A stretch of DNA of 61,913 bases, filler included, from Hausera hauseri (lineage: Eukaryota): assembly GCA_046269625.1 (NCBI GenBank). It is 9 parts of 9 records of this genome, joined end to end, with 100 filler letters (N's around TTAATTAATTAA, not from the genome) between each part and the next. Parts side by side here need not be neighbours in the genome. Positions count along the whole stretch, not along the records: positions 1 to 17,282 come from JBJURY010222186.1; 8 more parts are not named here. The stretch is one strand, 5' to 3'. Below the pieces are notes generated by a model, which was not told the origin of the DNA, did no database searches, and saw only the letters and a program-made list of their open reading frames with translations. Shown here in pieces: positions 1 through 9,157 of the stretch. Both the position numbers and the translations under genes were made by a program. The first letter of the stretch is position 1. Each line of letters opens with the position of its first letter.

Positions 1-124
1 TGAATCTCTCCTTTTGCAAAAGCGTAAGATCTTCAAAATCTCACGAATTGTCTGGTTGGTCTGTTAATGTTGGTTAACGGGGATTGCTTGTGTTTAACTT
101 GAGCTTACAGAAAAATATCCAACA
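1..124 (+). repeat. 3' part (U5) of retroviral LTR; identical to contig end 17159-17282
   Basis: Ends ...ATCCAACA directly before the PBS; matches the last 124 nt of the LTR at 16698-17282. Confidence 0.95.
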
Positions 125-128
125 TTTC

Positions 129-147
129 TGGTGCCGCGACCCGGATT
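129..147 (+). promoter_or_regulatory. Primer binding site, tRNA-His type
   Basis: TGGTGCCGCGACCCGGATT, 4 nt after the LTR end; near-complement of the tRNA-His 3' end (TGGTGCCGTGACTCGGATT). Confidence 0.85.
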
Positions 148-330
148 GGACTTCATCCCACACTGACGGACGGACGGACGCGCCGCACCCAGTGCACGGG
201 CAGGCCCATTGGACCTGAAGGAAAGACTCGGAGGACTTCGTTTCTTCACGAGCCGGCGTTCTAGGTCCTCACTCCAACTGTCAGTGTCGGATTAGCTCCA
301 ATCCACACTTTGACAGACATCACAAGTCTG

Positions 331-336
331 GTGAGA
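331..336 (+). promoter_or_regulatory. Candidate major splice donor
   Basis: TG|GTGAGA; the equivalent position in unit B (~9948) is GTGAGT, and A/B leader similarity drops after it. Confidence 0.55.
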
Positions 337-951
337 TTATAATTACTTTCTTATGTTATGTATGAATGATCATTAAAGGGCAGAAAATTTTGATAAAAAC
401 ACTGTATAGAGGCAAATAAAACAAAGAAGAATATACAGGTTAAAGTCCTGTATTGTGTGGGTACCCAGTCCCGACACTAATTTAAATTAACAGGTTAAAG
501 TCCTGTTAAATTGTGTGGGTAATCAGTCCCGACACTGTGAAAAATAACAGGTTAGAGTCCTGTTTTATGTAACTGGTTAGAGTCCAGAAGTTATAGGTTT
601 AATATACAAACCTAGTCATCCTTATACTGTGTTGAAAATCTCGTGTTTGCCTGATAGTGAAGAGTGAATGTTTATGTATGATTGAGGGTGAAATAAATTA
701 TTGAGACAGATTGATGGTTCCTCCTGAAACCTAACGGTGTCAACATAAAGAGGGACTGTTTCTCTGACTACACCCTATTAAGGAAACAACTGGAACTTGT
801 CTGACCAACTTTAAGGAACTTCTCCTTGAACGGGTCACACAAACAGTTCCACATATATTAATAAAAATTGTATATTAAATTATCATAAAAAACGCAGAGT
901 ACTACCCATTACTAGAAGTCCATAATTAAAACCAAGTTTATATTGTTCACT

Positions 952-1219
952 CTGGATATACATATCCACCATAGTCTACCCCCATTTGACCCCTCCGATC
1001 CACATACTAGAGAATTATTATCTCTCATTACTCCTTATACAGTACTATTTAGTGTTACTAAATGAACGGCCTGATTTAAGACTAAGAATAAGAGTAAGGC
1101 CTTTAACTAATAGAGGCCCTTACAGAGGTTTAGGTGTAGTAAAAGTTGATTTAACTGACTCAAGACCCCGAGTTTTGCAACATTTTTCTTTTGTGTTCAG
1201 TCTATCAGGTTTAAACTAG
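952..1219 (+). pseudogene. Pre-gag accessory ORF, unit A copy, frameshifted by a 10-nt insertion (~1039-1048)
   Basis: Aligns at protein level with unit B 10507-10764; the length difference is exactly 10 nt. Confidence 0.75.
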
Positions 1220-1222
1220 AAA

Positions 1223-2689
1223 ATGGGAAAATCAGCAAGTAAGGTTGAAGGATTAGAAGGAGATGAAAAGTTTATGAATCAAAAACACCCTGGAAGTTGT
1301 ACTTTCAGGAATAAATGGTTAAAGGAAGGTATTAAACTTACACTAAAAGTAGAGACATGGCAAGGACAGGTCTCTAAGAAAGAAGCAGAAAAAGAGAAGG
1401 CAACAGGAAGTAAGAAAAAGAAGCTTGAAGAGGAAGTGCAGGCAGCGAGGCTGTGGTTAGACGAGTCTAAGAATAGAAGAGACCAAGTGAGAGCCTCTAA
1501 GGCTAGAAAGGATGAGGCGGCACTGATGGTCCGCCCTGAAGACAATGAAACACAGCTGAGGCACCGACAGACAGGTCTCCCTCAGAACAGCAAGACCCCT
1601 GTTACAGCTAGTGCCCCTAATGATACTGGACCCCCACCACCCCCCGGTAAAAAACATACAGATGATCCAACTCATGATTATAACACCCGCACCACTTCTA
1701 AAAAACTGACTGCCACCAGACAACTGGACATGACAGCCATGGTTGAACCACCCCCCTATGGACCAGAACCCTCTGAAAGACTATTTGGAAAAGGCGGATT
1801 GTACCCCCTGATTCAGGTGGCCAATCCCAACCCAAAAGAGGAGGACGGCCCTGGAGGGATGGTTCAATATGTGTTCAGACCTTGGACCTTAGCAGAAGCA
1901 CAGGCAGCAGTAGGAGGAGTTACCCCCCACAGAGAAGATGTAGAGAAGTGGGTAGAAGACATGACTCAGGTGCTCCACTCATACCGGTTAAATGGGTTCG
2001 AGGCAGGTCAAGCCTTGCAGTCCTCACTAGGGAAAGATTGGGCTAGGGTCAGAGGAGAATATACAGGAAGGGACAGAACGGGAACTCCCTTTGAGTATCG
2101 CACCACCCCAGATCCAAATGGAGCATTCTCACCTGATTATAGAGCTCAACTGATGGCCCTGTTCGATAGAGTAAGAGAAGCCTTCAAAAAGCGAGCTAAT
2201 TATGCTGAACTGCGCGCTGTGACACAGAAACCCAATGAACCAGTAGATGAATTCAGAGTCAGGTTTGAACAGGCTTTTAAATTACACAGCGGTATACAGT
2301 TTCAGGAAGACGATGACTCAGCATACCAACAGCAGCTCAAACAAGGCCTCTTAGATCAAGCAAAACCTAATCTAAGAACCTGGGTACAGACCCATTTTGT
2401 AAATTGGCCATCTGCAAGTGTTAGTCAGGCCATGGATTGGCTTAGACATGCAGAAAAGGTTAACCCTAAAGATGCAGGAACTTACTCTTTGAATCAATAC
2501 ACAGGAAGAGGACGAGGCAACAGGGGAGGTCCCAGAGGAAGGGGAAACATGGGATACAGGGGAGGCAGAGGAGGTAGAGGTTTTAAACCTAGAGGACAGC
2601 AGAACAATGAAGGCTGCTGGACGTGTGGCTCTCCAGACCACTGGTCCAGAGATTGCCCAAAAAACAACGGCCCCAAACAACAAGCATGA
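1223..2689 (+). CDS. gag: Gag polyprotein
   Basis: MGKSAS myristoylation signal, PPPY late domain, MHR-like QKPNEPVDEF, CCHC knuckle CWTCGSPDHWSRDC. Confidence 0.95.
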   Translation: MGKSASKVEGLEGDEKFMNQKHPGSCTFRNKWLKEGIKLTLKVETWQGQVSKKEAEKEKATGSKKKKLEEEVQAARLWLDESKNRRDQVRASKARKDEAALMVRPEDNETQLRHRQTGLPQNSKTPVTASAPNDTGPPPPPGKKHTDDPTHDYNTRTTSKKLTATRQLDMTAMVEPPPYGPEPSERLFGKGGLYPLIQVANPNPKEEDGPGGMVQYVFRPWTLAEAQAAVGGVTPHREDVEKWVEDMTQVLHSYRLNGFEAGQALQSSLGKDWARVRGEYTGRDRTGTPFEYRTTPDPNGAFSPDYRAQLMALFDRVREAFKKRANYAELRAVTQKPNEPVDEFRVRFEQAFKLHSGIQFQEDDDSAYQQQLKQGLLDQAKPNLRTWVQTHFVNWPSASVSQAMDWLRHAEKVNPKDAGTYSLNQYTGRGRGNRGGPRGRGNMGYRGGRGGRGFKPRGQQNNEGCWTCGSPDHWSRDCPKNNGPKQQA

Positions 2690-3625
2690 CTAGATCAGGA
2701 ACATGAAAACCCACCTACTAAACCAGATGTAGATGTTTATTCAGCATGGGCAGTTCTTAATGCTTTAAAGGAACAACCCTACATAGTTTTAAAGGTGGGT
2801 CAGACAAAGGTTGAATTCCTTTGTGACACAGGTGCATGCAGAACTGTGTTGAAAGACACAGTCCCAGAAATACAACTGTCTAAAAGCACCCTATGGGTCA
2901 GTTCAGCAAATGGACAAATGACTAAAGAATATTTGTCCAAACCCATATCAATTGTGGACCCAGAAACAAACATAACCAAATTTGCACCAATAATAGTCTC
3001 TCCTAAATGCCCCATAAATCTCCTAGGCAGAGACATGATGCAGAAATTAAAGCTTGCTATAGTGCCCACCCAACACGGTATGAGAGTCCACCGTGTAGAA
3101 TCAGTCTTTGTGCTAAATGATTCAGCCCCTACCATGTATGCTTCTCTAGATGTAGAAGCAAATAAGCAAACCAACCCTTTTGAGACGAGAGATCTGATAA
3201 ATGATGCAAAAAGCCAACTCTCCAACCCGCAGACAGAAATAGGTTACAACCATCTGCACGTGACCATGAAACTGTTGAATGACGCACAGGAAGCAAGCCT
3301 GTTTTCACAGTTGGCCCCAGTCACGATGGCAACAGATTATTTATACACAGACAGGTTCTCCTTTTCTGCTGCGAGTGTGCTGTTACCACAAATAATCAGT
3401 TCAGAATTTAACATGCAAAACTGCTCAGTTCCTCATCTCAGTCTGATGAAAGCTGACGATGCCAGCTGGAAAAACACAGGCCCCAGGTTAAAGACTGCAG
3501 CTACAGCCACAGACTGGGAACCAACACAAAATGAGTGGACATTCAGCCCCAGTTGTGGGCTGTGGCGCAAACCTCTGGTGCGAGTGCTTTATGCAGAGCC
3601 AAGGGTACACCCATTAAGTGACTGA
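2690..3625 (+). CDS. pro: Aspartic protease + 2H phosphoesterase-like domain (expressed by readthrough of the gag UGA)
   Basis: Open and in frame directly after the gag stop; FLCDTGA and NLLGRD protease motifs, then LHVTM and PHLSL (HxT/HxS) motifs. Confidence 0.9.
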   Translation, partial: LDQEHENPPTKPDVDVYSAWAVLNALKEQPYIVLKVGQTKVEFLCDTGACRTVLKDTVPEIQLSKSTLWVSSANGQMTKEYLSKPISIVDPETNITKFAPIIVSPKCPINLLGRDMMQKLKLAIVPTQHGMRVHRVESVFVLNDSAPTMYASLDVEANKQTNPFETRDLINDAKSQLSNPQTEIGYNHLHVTMKLLNDAQEASLFSQLAPVTMATDYLYTDRFSFSAASVLLPQIISSEFNMQNCSVPHLSLMKADDASWKNTGPRLKTAATATDWEPTQNEWTFSPSCGLWRKPLVRVLYAEPRVHPLSD

Positions 3626-6600
3626 CGGTGCGCAGCCCTACTATCTGATGAGGATGAGGAATTAATATCCAACTTACCTACATCCCTGTGGTCCCAAGGA
3701 CACTCAGATGTAGGGCTGTTGAACAGTATACCCCCCGTCAGGATCCAACCAAAAGGAACATTCAGACCAAGAATAAAACAATACCCATTAAAACCTGAGG
3801 CTGAAAATGGTGTTGCACCTGTCATACAAGATTTACTCAGAGCTGGAGTTATAAGACCATGTAACTCCTCTCCCTGCAACACACCCATTTTCCCAGTACA
3901 GAAAGCTGACAAACAATCATGGAGATTAGTGCAAGACTTAAGAGCAGTGAACCAAGCCATAATCTCCCGAGCCCCAAATGTGCCAGACCCACACACACTG
4001 TTGAACTCAGTACAAGCAGATTCACACTGGTTTACAGTTTTAGATCTGAGTAACGCTTTCTTTTCAGTTCCCATTCATCCAGACTCACAACACTGGTTTG
4101 CTTTCACTTTCAGAGGACAAAAATACACCTACACCAGATTGCCACAAGGCTTCACAGACAGCCCGACCATTTTTACAGAAGCAATAACTACATGTTTGCA
4201 AAATTTTACACCTAAACATAGCCAATTACTGGTCTACGTAGATGATCTTCTTCTCTGCTCAGACACAAAGGAACACTGCAGACAGGACTCTCTCTCTCTC
4301 TTAAAGTTTCTAGCAGAAACAGGAAACAAAGTAAGCAGGAAAAAGATGCAGTTTGTGCAGCCTGAGGTCATTTACTTAGGTCAAAGTATCTCAGCCTCGG
4401 GGAGGAAACTGCACACAGACAGACGAGAGAGCATTGCAAACGCTCCTAAACCTGAGACAAAGAAACAAATGATGCAATTTCTCGGTTTGTGCAATTATTG
4501 CAGAGCATGGGTGCCAGATTATGCAGGACACACACAGCCTTTGTTAGACATAATCTACTCTACACCCATGTCAATGAATCAAAAGATCATCTGGACTCCT
4601 GAAGCAGAAACAGCTTTCTGTAAAATAAAAGCCCTGCTGGTGCAAAGCACCTCACTGCTACTACCAGACTACTCAAAACCATTTGTGCAAATGGTAGATT
4701 GTAAAAACGGCTTTATGGTTTCAGTGCTAACACAGAAACATGGTGGGAAAAACAAGCCATTAGCATTCTACTCAAAACGCCTGGATCCAGTGGCAACGGC
4801 ACTGCCCCCTTGTGTCCAAGCAGTGTGCGCTGCAGCAATGGCAGTCCAGGCCTCGGCTGATGTGGTTCTGTTCCATGAAACAACACTGTTGGTTCCACAT
4901 GCTGTAGATGTTTTACTCTTACAAAGTAAATTGACAACCCTTTCTCCGGCCAGACAGATAACATACACTGCACTGTTGTTATCACAACCTCACATTACCA
5001 TCCAACGTTGCAATATTTTAAACCCTGCCACACTACTGCCGTGCCCAACTGATGGCAGCCCACACAATTGTGTGACAGAAGCAGACTCTTTGTCCCTGCC
5101 GAGACCTGATTTAAAAGATGTGCCGTTGTCATCAGGAAAAGTGTGGTTTGTTGATGGCTCATGTTCAAAAGCTCAGAATGGAAAAAACCTGTCAGGCTTT
5201 GCAGTAGTTGAACTGCCAAACACAGTAATCTATGCTGCTAAACTACCAGATCATTTCTCCGCCCAAGCAGCAGAAATCCAAGCTCTAACAAAAGCGTGTG
5301 AATTAGCTAAAGGGCAACAATTAACGGTGTATACTGACAGCCAGTATGCATTCTCAACCCTGTTCTATTTTGCAAAACAATGGGAGAGGCGTGGTATGAC
5401 CACATCCACAGGGAAACCTGTGACTCATGCGGCCCTATTAAAAGAGCTCTTAATGGCCATACATTTACCAGCTGCCCTAGCTGTGGTGAAGTGTGCAGCC
5501 CACCAAAAAGGTACAGATTTTGTAACCAGGGGCAACACCCTGGCTGACATAACTGCAAAGCAAGCAGCAGCAGGAGATTTCAACACGGACACACACCTCT
5601 CCTCCACCCAAGCCCCAGCCATTGATGATGACATTCTAAAAAATGCACAACTACTAGCGCCAAAACAGGAAATCCAATCATGGGTCAACAGAGGGGCGAC
5701 ACAGGCTGATGCCATATGGACACTAGATGGCAAACCCGTCCTTCCTAAGTCTCTTTTTAAAGCGGCTGCTGTGGCGACACATGGCCCTTGCCACGTGTCG
5801 ACAGGAGGGATGGTAGAAATAATAACCCAGTGGTTTACAACTATAGGGTTGGAAGGGTACCTTAAACAATTTTGTAAACAATGTGTGACGTGCATAAAAC
5901 ACAATCCACAGGGCAACATGAGACCAAAAAGAGGGGCCTTTCCAGCACCCTCATACCCTTTTCAAACCCTACACATGGACTTTATTGAACTAAATCAGAG
6001 TGGACCACACAGATACTGCTTGGTACTGATAGATGCATTTTCAAAATGGGTTGAAATAATACCCACAGCAAGACCAGATGCATTATCAGTAGCAAAAGCC
6101 ATTTGTAAAGACATTATCCCAGCTCACGGGATACCAGAAACCTTGTACTCAGACAATGGAACACACTTTGTAAATGAAATAGTACAAAATATGGCAGACC
6201 ATCTACAAATAAACTTGAAAAACCATTGTGCCTACCATCCACAAAGTGCTGGATTGGTAGAGAGAACAAATGGAACAATAAAAAGCCGTCTTAAAAAATG
6301 CATGGAAGAGACAGGGAGACCGTGGCCAGAATGTTTACCATTAGTAAAACTGTACATGAGGATCACACCATCTGCTGCAGGCCCAACACCTTTTGAAATA
6401 CTGTATGGAAGACCATACAGATTACCAGTGTTCGATTTAGACAGAGCACATGAAGAAAACACCCTGGCAGATTACATGATAAACACTTTTAAGCTAAAAG
6501 ATGTTCAGAATACAAATGTACTGCCCTCTGGTCCTTTGTCTCCACAGGAAACACCAGTAAAACCAGGAGACTGGGTGTTCATCAAAGTAATAAAAAAGAA

Positions 6601-6733
6601 ACACTGGAACAGCCCAAAGTGGGAGGGACCATATCAAGTGATCCTGACCACACCAACAGCAGTAAAAATCGCTGAAAGACCTTCATGGATACATCTCAGT
6701 CACTGTAAGTTGCAAAAAGTGCTCAGTCCATAG
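3626..6733 (+). CDS. pol: RT - RNase H - integrase (in frame after the second UGA)
   Basis: LPQG and YVDD (RT); WFVDGS and YTDSQY (RNase H); HHCC, D..D..E and GPY (IN); frame open from 3626. Confidence 0.95.
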   Translation, partial: RCAALLSDEDEELISNLPTSLWSQGHSDVGLLNSIPPVRIQPKGTFRPRIKQYPLKPEAENGVAPVIQDLLRAGVIRPCNSSPCNTPIFPVQKADKQSWRLVQDLRAVNQAIISRAPNVPDPHTLLNSVQADSHWFTVLDLSNAFFSVPIHPDSQHWFAFTFRGQKYTYTRLPQGFTDSPTIFTEAITTCLQNFTPKHSQLLVYVDDLLLCSDTKEHCRQDSLSLLKFLAETGNKVSRKKMQFVQPEVIYLGQSISASGRKLHTDRRESIANAPKPETKKQMMQFLGLCNYCRAWVPDYAGHTQPLLDIIYSTPMSMNQKIIWTPEAETAFCKIKALLVQSTSLLLPDYSKPFVQMVDCKNGFMVSVLTQKHGGKNKPLAFYSKRLDPVATALPPCVQAVCAAAMAVQASADVVLFHETTLLVPHAVDVLLLQSKLTTLSPARQITYTALLLSQPHITIQRCNILNPATLLPCPTDGSPHNCVTEADSLSLPRPDLKDVPLSSGKVWFVDGSCSKAQNGKNLSGFAVVELPNTVIYAAKLPDHFSAQAAEIQALTKACELAKGQQLTVYTDSQYAFSTLFYFAKQWERRGMTTSTGKPVTHAALLKELLMAIHLPAALAVVKCAAHQKGTDFVTRGNTLADITAKQAAAGDFNTDTHLSSTQAPAIDDDILKNAQLLAPKQEIQSWVNRGATQADAIWTLDGKPVLPKSLFKAAAVATHGPCHVSTGGMVEIITQWFTTIGLEGYLKQFCKQCVTCIKHNPQGNMRPKRGAFPAPSYPFQTLHMDFIELNQSGPHRYCLVLIDAFSKWVEIIPTARPDALSVAKAICKDIIPAHGIPETLYSDNGTHFVNEIVQNMADHLQINLKNHCAYHPQSAGLVERTNGTIKSRLKKCMEETGRPWPECLPLVKLYMRITPSAAGPTPFEILYGRPYRLPVFDLDRAHEENTLADYMINTFKLKDVQNTNVLPSGPLSPQETPVKPGDWVFIKVIKKKHWNSPKWEGPYQVILTTPTAVKIAERPSWIHLSHCKLQKVLSP
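6526..6548 (+). promoter_or_regulatory. Candidate env splice acceptor within IN
   Basis: Pyrimidine tract ...GTCCTTTGTCTCCACAG|G. Confidence 0.5.
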
Positions 6734-6910
6734 GAGAGGCTGTGGGGAAAGTCCTGGCTACAAAGGGGGGGTGAGCAATATAGAGGCACCTCGTCTCAAA
6801 CCAGGTGAACGTTCGATAGATCCCAGCCTCATTTTAGGCCTATGTGAGAGTGGTTTTGCAACTTAAGCAGTAATACCGAGCCTTTAAGGGGACGGCTTAT
6901 CTGTGTAGTG

Positions 6911-9124
6911 ATGGAGATTGCCATGGAAAGAATCATTGGACGGGCCCCTGTCCCACCACAGGACGAGGAGGACCCGGAACCAGAGGAAATGGTGCCAGAA
7001 ACCAGGCTCCAAAAATGGAGAAGAAGAACTGAACAATTCTTCTGGTTTGACGAGACCCCATGCTGGGTCTATTTGCTTTCATTTTTATTAAGTGCATGTT
7101 TGATGATTTTTCTAATGTTTAAGATTTTGTATCCTTTGATTGCAGGCCTTCCGATCCTCTCTCCTCCATGGACCACCCAGTCACATGACAGACCAAGGCG
7201 AACACTAGGGGTAGGAACACATAACTGGGCCATAGCAGGGAACAATCTGGTGAGACGCCACTTATGGAAAGCATCCTGTGTACGTCCTCAAACAAACATT
7301 ACAGTACAAGAAGGGACAACATCCACAGTTATGCTGGACCCGTGTCTTTATTTTCACTGTGATGACCCCAGGAAGTTAGGACATCCAGATATTTATGTAT
7401 GTGGAAAAAGGTTCTATGACAAACATGACTGCCCAAACTGTGATGCTTGGGACTACGCGTATTGGACCACATCACACAAAGATTGGGGGTATAAAATAGG
7501 TGAAGACAATAGCAACCTCAAAACCAGACTAACCATATGGAAAGTAAACTCTAGTTCACCTGCAGTAATGCTACAACTAAACAATGCTACTAAGAATGAC
7601 CAGGGTTTTTTCGTAGTCTGTGCCTATGTATCAGGAACCGACCCCTGCGCTCCTTTCTACTTGGAAGTTGTTAGCAAACCTGAAGAGGTAAAAAACCCCG
7701 TATATGTCCAACTAGGAGGTGGTGAGACTGAAACACATGTGCACCCGGAAGTAGACTCAGAACATCACTGGGCACACACCCCTATTTCTTTAAAAGGTAA
7801 CAAATGGTGGTCAGTACTGAGAAGCCTAACAGAGGCGGCAGGAGTTAATTCCTCTTGCTATGCCTGTACTCTATTTCCACATGACAATTTAGGAGCCATG
7901 CCAATAAGACCAGAACCCTTGCCTAAAAAACAGGTGGCCTGTACACTCCTAGCCTTGACCCCACCATTCCAATCCGCAGCAAATGGATGGAATGTGACCA
8001 GAAGTAACCTAACTGGGATATGTGCCAGTTTTGCAAACTTGACTGTAAGAACCAGTTCCAGTTTAAAGTTAAAAACCAAAGACATGCAGCTTTTTGCTCC
8101 CTTAGGATCTGTCCACCCCAAACACTTACAGATCACACACCCTGTTTGTTTTACCAGACCACTGACCAACAGAAGAGTTTTCATGGGACATGTTCAACAT
8201 TGTGAACAAATTTTTAATGCAACTTGTGGTGAGGCACCCTCAAACTTTTCAGATTGTTATGCAGGGACTCCTCAGGGCAAGGTTAATATCAGTACTCAGT
8301 TTAATCTTACACTCCCGGAAGCTGTAGCCATATGGCCCTCAGACTCTGGAGCTGGTAGCCTAAGGGGAAGTGTATGGTTGTGTGGGAACCACTATCATCA
8401 GGCTCTGCCTCCCATGTGGGCAGGGACCTGTGCTCTGGTGGAAATGAGACCCGCAGTGACATTAATGTCCTCTCTGGTGTACTCAACCCACCACTACCCC
8501 CACTACCGGATGCCTCCAAGCATGGACAGGAAAAAGAGGGATACTGTGGTCGTTTCGGGAGGAGCTAAATTCCTGTCAGGAATTTTGCCCTGGTGGGGAA
8601 CTGTAAACAACGCCCACCACATTGATAAATTGCACTTACAGTTAGAAAATTTGACTGCTTTAGTTGGTGATGGTTTCTCGGCTCTCACACCTTATCTGGC
8701 AGCCTCTAGGAACATGCTCACACAACACCAGATGGCTTTGGACATTTTGTTTGCCTCACAAGGAGGCTTATGTCACATCATAGGTGACTCATGCTGTACC
8801 TACTTACCCGACCCCACTGGAAATCTGACAGAGACTATTACACACTTAAACACCCTGCTTGCTACTATGAAGGAAGATGACGTACAGACGCCTGAGGGGT
8901 GGGACTGGTGGTCCTGGATGACGGGAGGTGGATGGAAAGCCTGGGCAGGCCGAATTGTGGTGCCTTTATTTTTCTTTCTACTATTAATTCTAATAATAGC
9001 TTGTTGTATTATTCCTGCTTTCAAGAAATGCATTGCTTCCATTTTTGTTCAGATGTTTTATCATCACATGCAACAGTATGCTCTTGTGGCTCAAGATGAG
9101 CCAGATGACAGCACTGCTGTTTAA
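6911..9124 (+). CDS. env: Envelope glycoprotein (gamma-type)
   Basis: N-terminal hydrophobic segment, CYAC (CXXC), RKKR furin site, fusion peptide, ISD-like QHQMALDILFASQGGLC, CX6CC, TM anchor; ATG at 6911. Confidence 0.95.
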   Translation: MEIAMERIIGRAPVPPQDEEDPEPEEMVPETRLQKWRRRTEQFFWFDETPCWVYLLSFLLSACLMIFLMFKILYPLIAGLPILSPPWTTQSHDRPRRTLGVGTHNWAIAGNNLVRRHLWKASCVRPQTNITVQEGTTSTVMLDPCLYFHCDDPRKLGHPDIYVCGKRFYDKHDCPNCDAWDYAYWTTSHKDWGYKIGEDNSNLKTRLTIWKVNSSSPAVMLQLNNATKNDQGFFVVCAYVSGTDPCAPFYLEVVSKPEEVKNPVYVQLGGGETETHVHPEVDSEHHWAHTPISLKGNKWWSVLRSLTEAAGVNSSCYACTLFPHDNLGAMPIRPEPLPKKQVACTLLALTPPFQSAANGWNVTRSNLTGICASFANLTVRTSSSLKLKTKDMQLFAPLGSVHPKHLQITHPVCFTRPLTNRRVFMGHVQHCEQIFNATCGEAPSNFSDCYAGTPQGKVNISTQFNLTLPEAVAIWPSDSGAGSLRGSVWLCGNHYHQALPPMWAGTCALVEMRPAVTLMSSLVYSTHHYPHYRMPPSMDRKKRDTVVVSGGAKFLSGILPWWGTVNNAHHIDKLHLQLENLTALVGDGFSALTPYLAASRNMLTQHQMALDILFASQGGLCHIIGDSCCTYLPDPTGNLTETITHLNTLLATMKEDDVQTPEGWDWWSWMTGGGWKAWAGRIVVPLFFFLLLILIIACCIIPAFKKCIASIFVQMFYHHMQQYALVAQDEPDDSTAV

Positions 9125-9143
9125 ACACCCTCTTTTACAGCTT

Positions 9144-9157
9144 AAACAGGAGGGATA
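9144..9157 (+). promoter_or_regulatory. Polypurine tract
   Basis: AAACAGGAGGGATA immediately before the LTR TG (again at 16684-16697). Confidence 0.85.

Noticed and set aside
986-1219. 77-aa TTG-started ORF as listed in the track
   Set aside because: Its N-terminal ~20 aa are the wrong frame caused by the 10-nt insertion; the conserved frame starts at 952
2687-3625. The two UGAs as inactivating mutations or selenocysteine codons
   Set aside because: They are conserved in both diverged units at domain boundaries with leaky contexts; no SECIS was recognised, although none was computationally excluded
2795-3719. Independent GTG/TTG starts for pro (2795) and pol (3719)
   Set aside because: Both frames are open back to the preceding UGA, so readthrough is the simpler explanation
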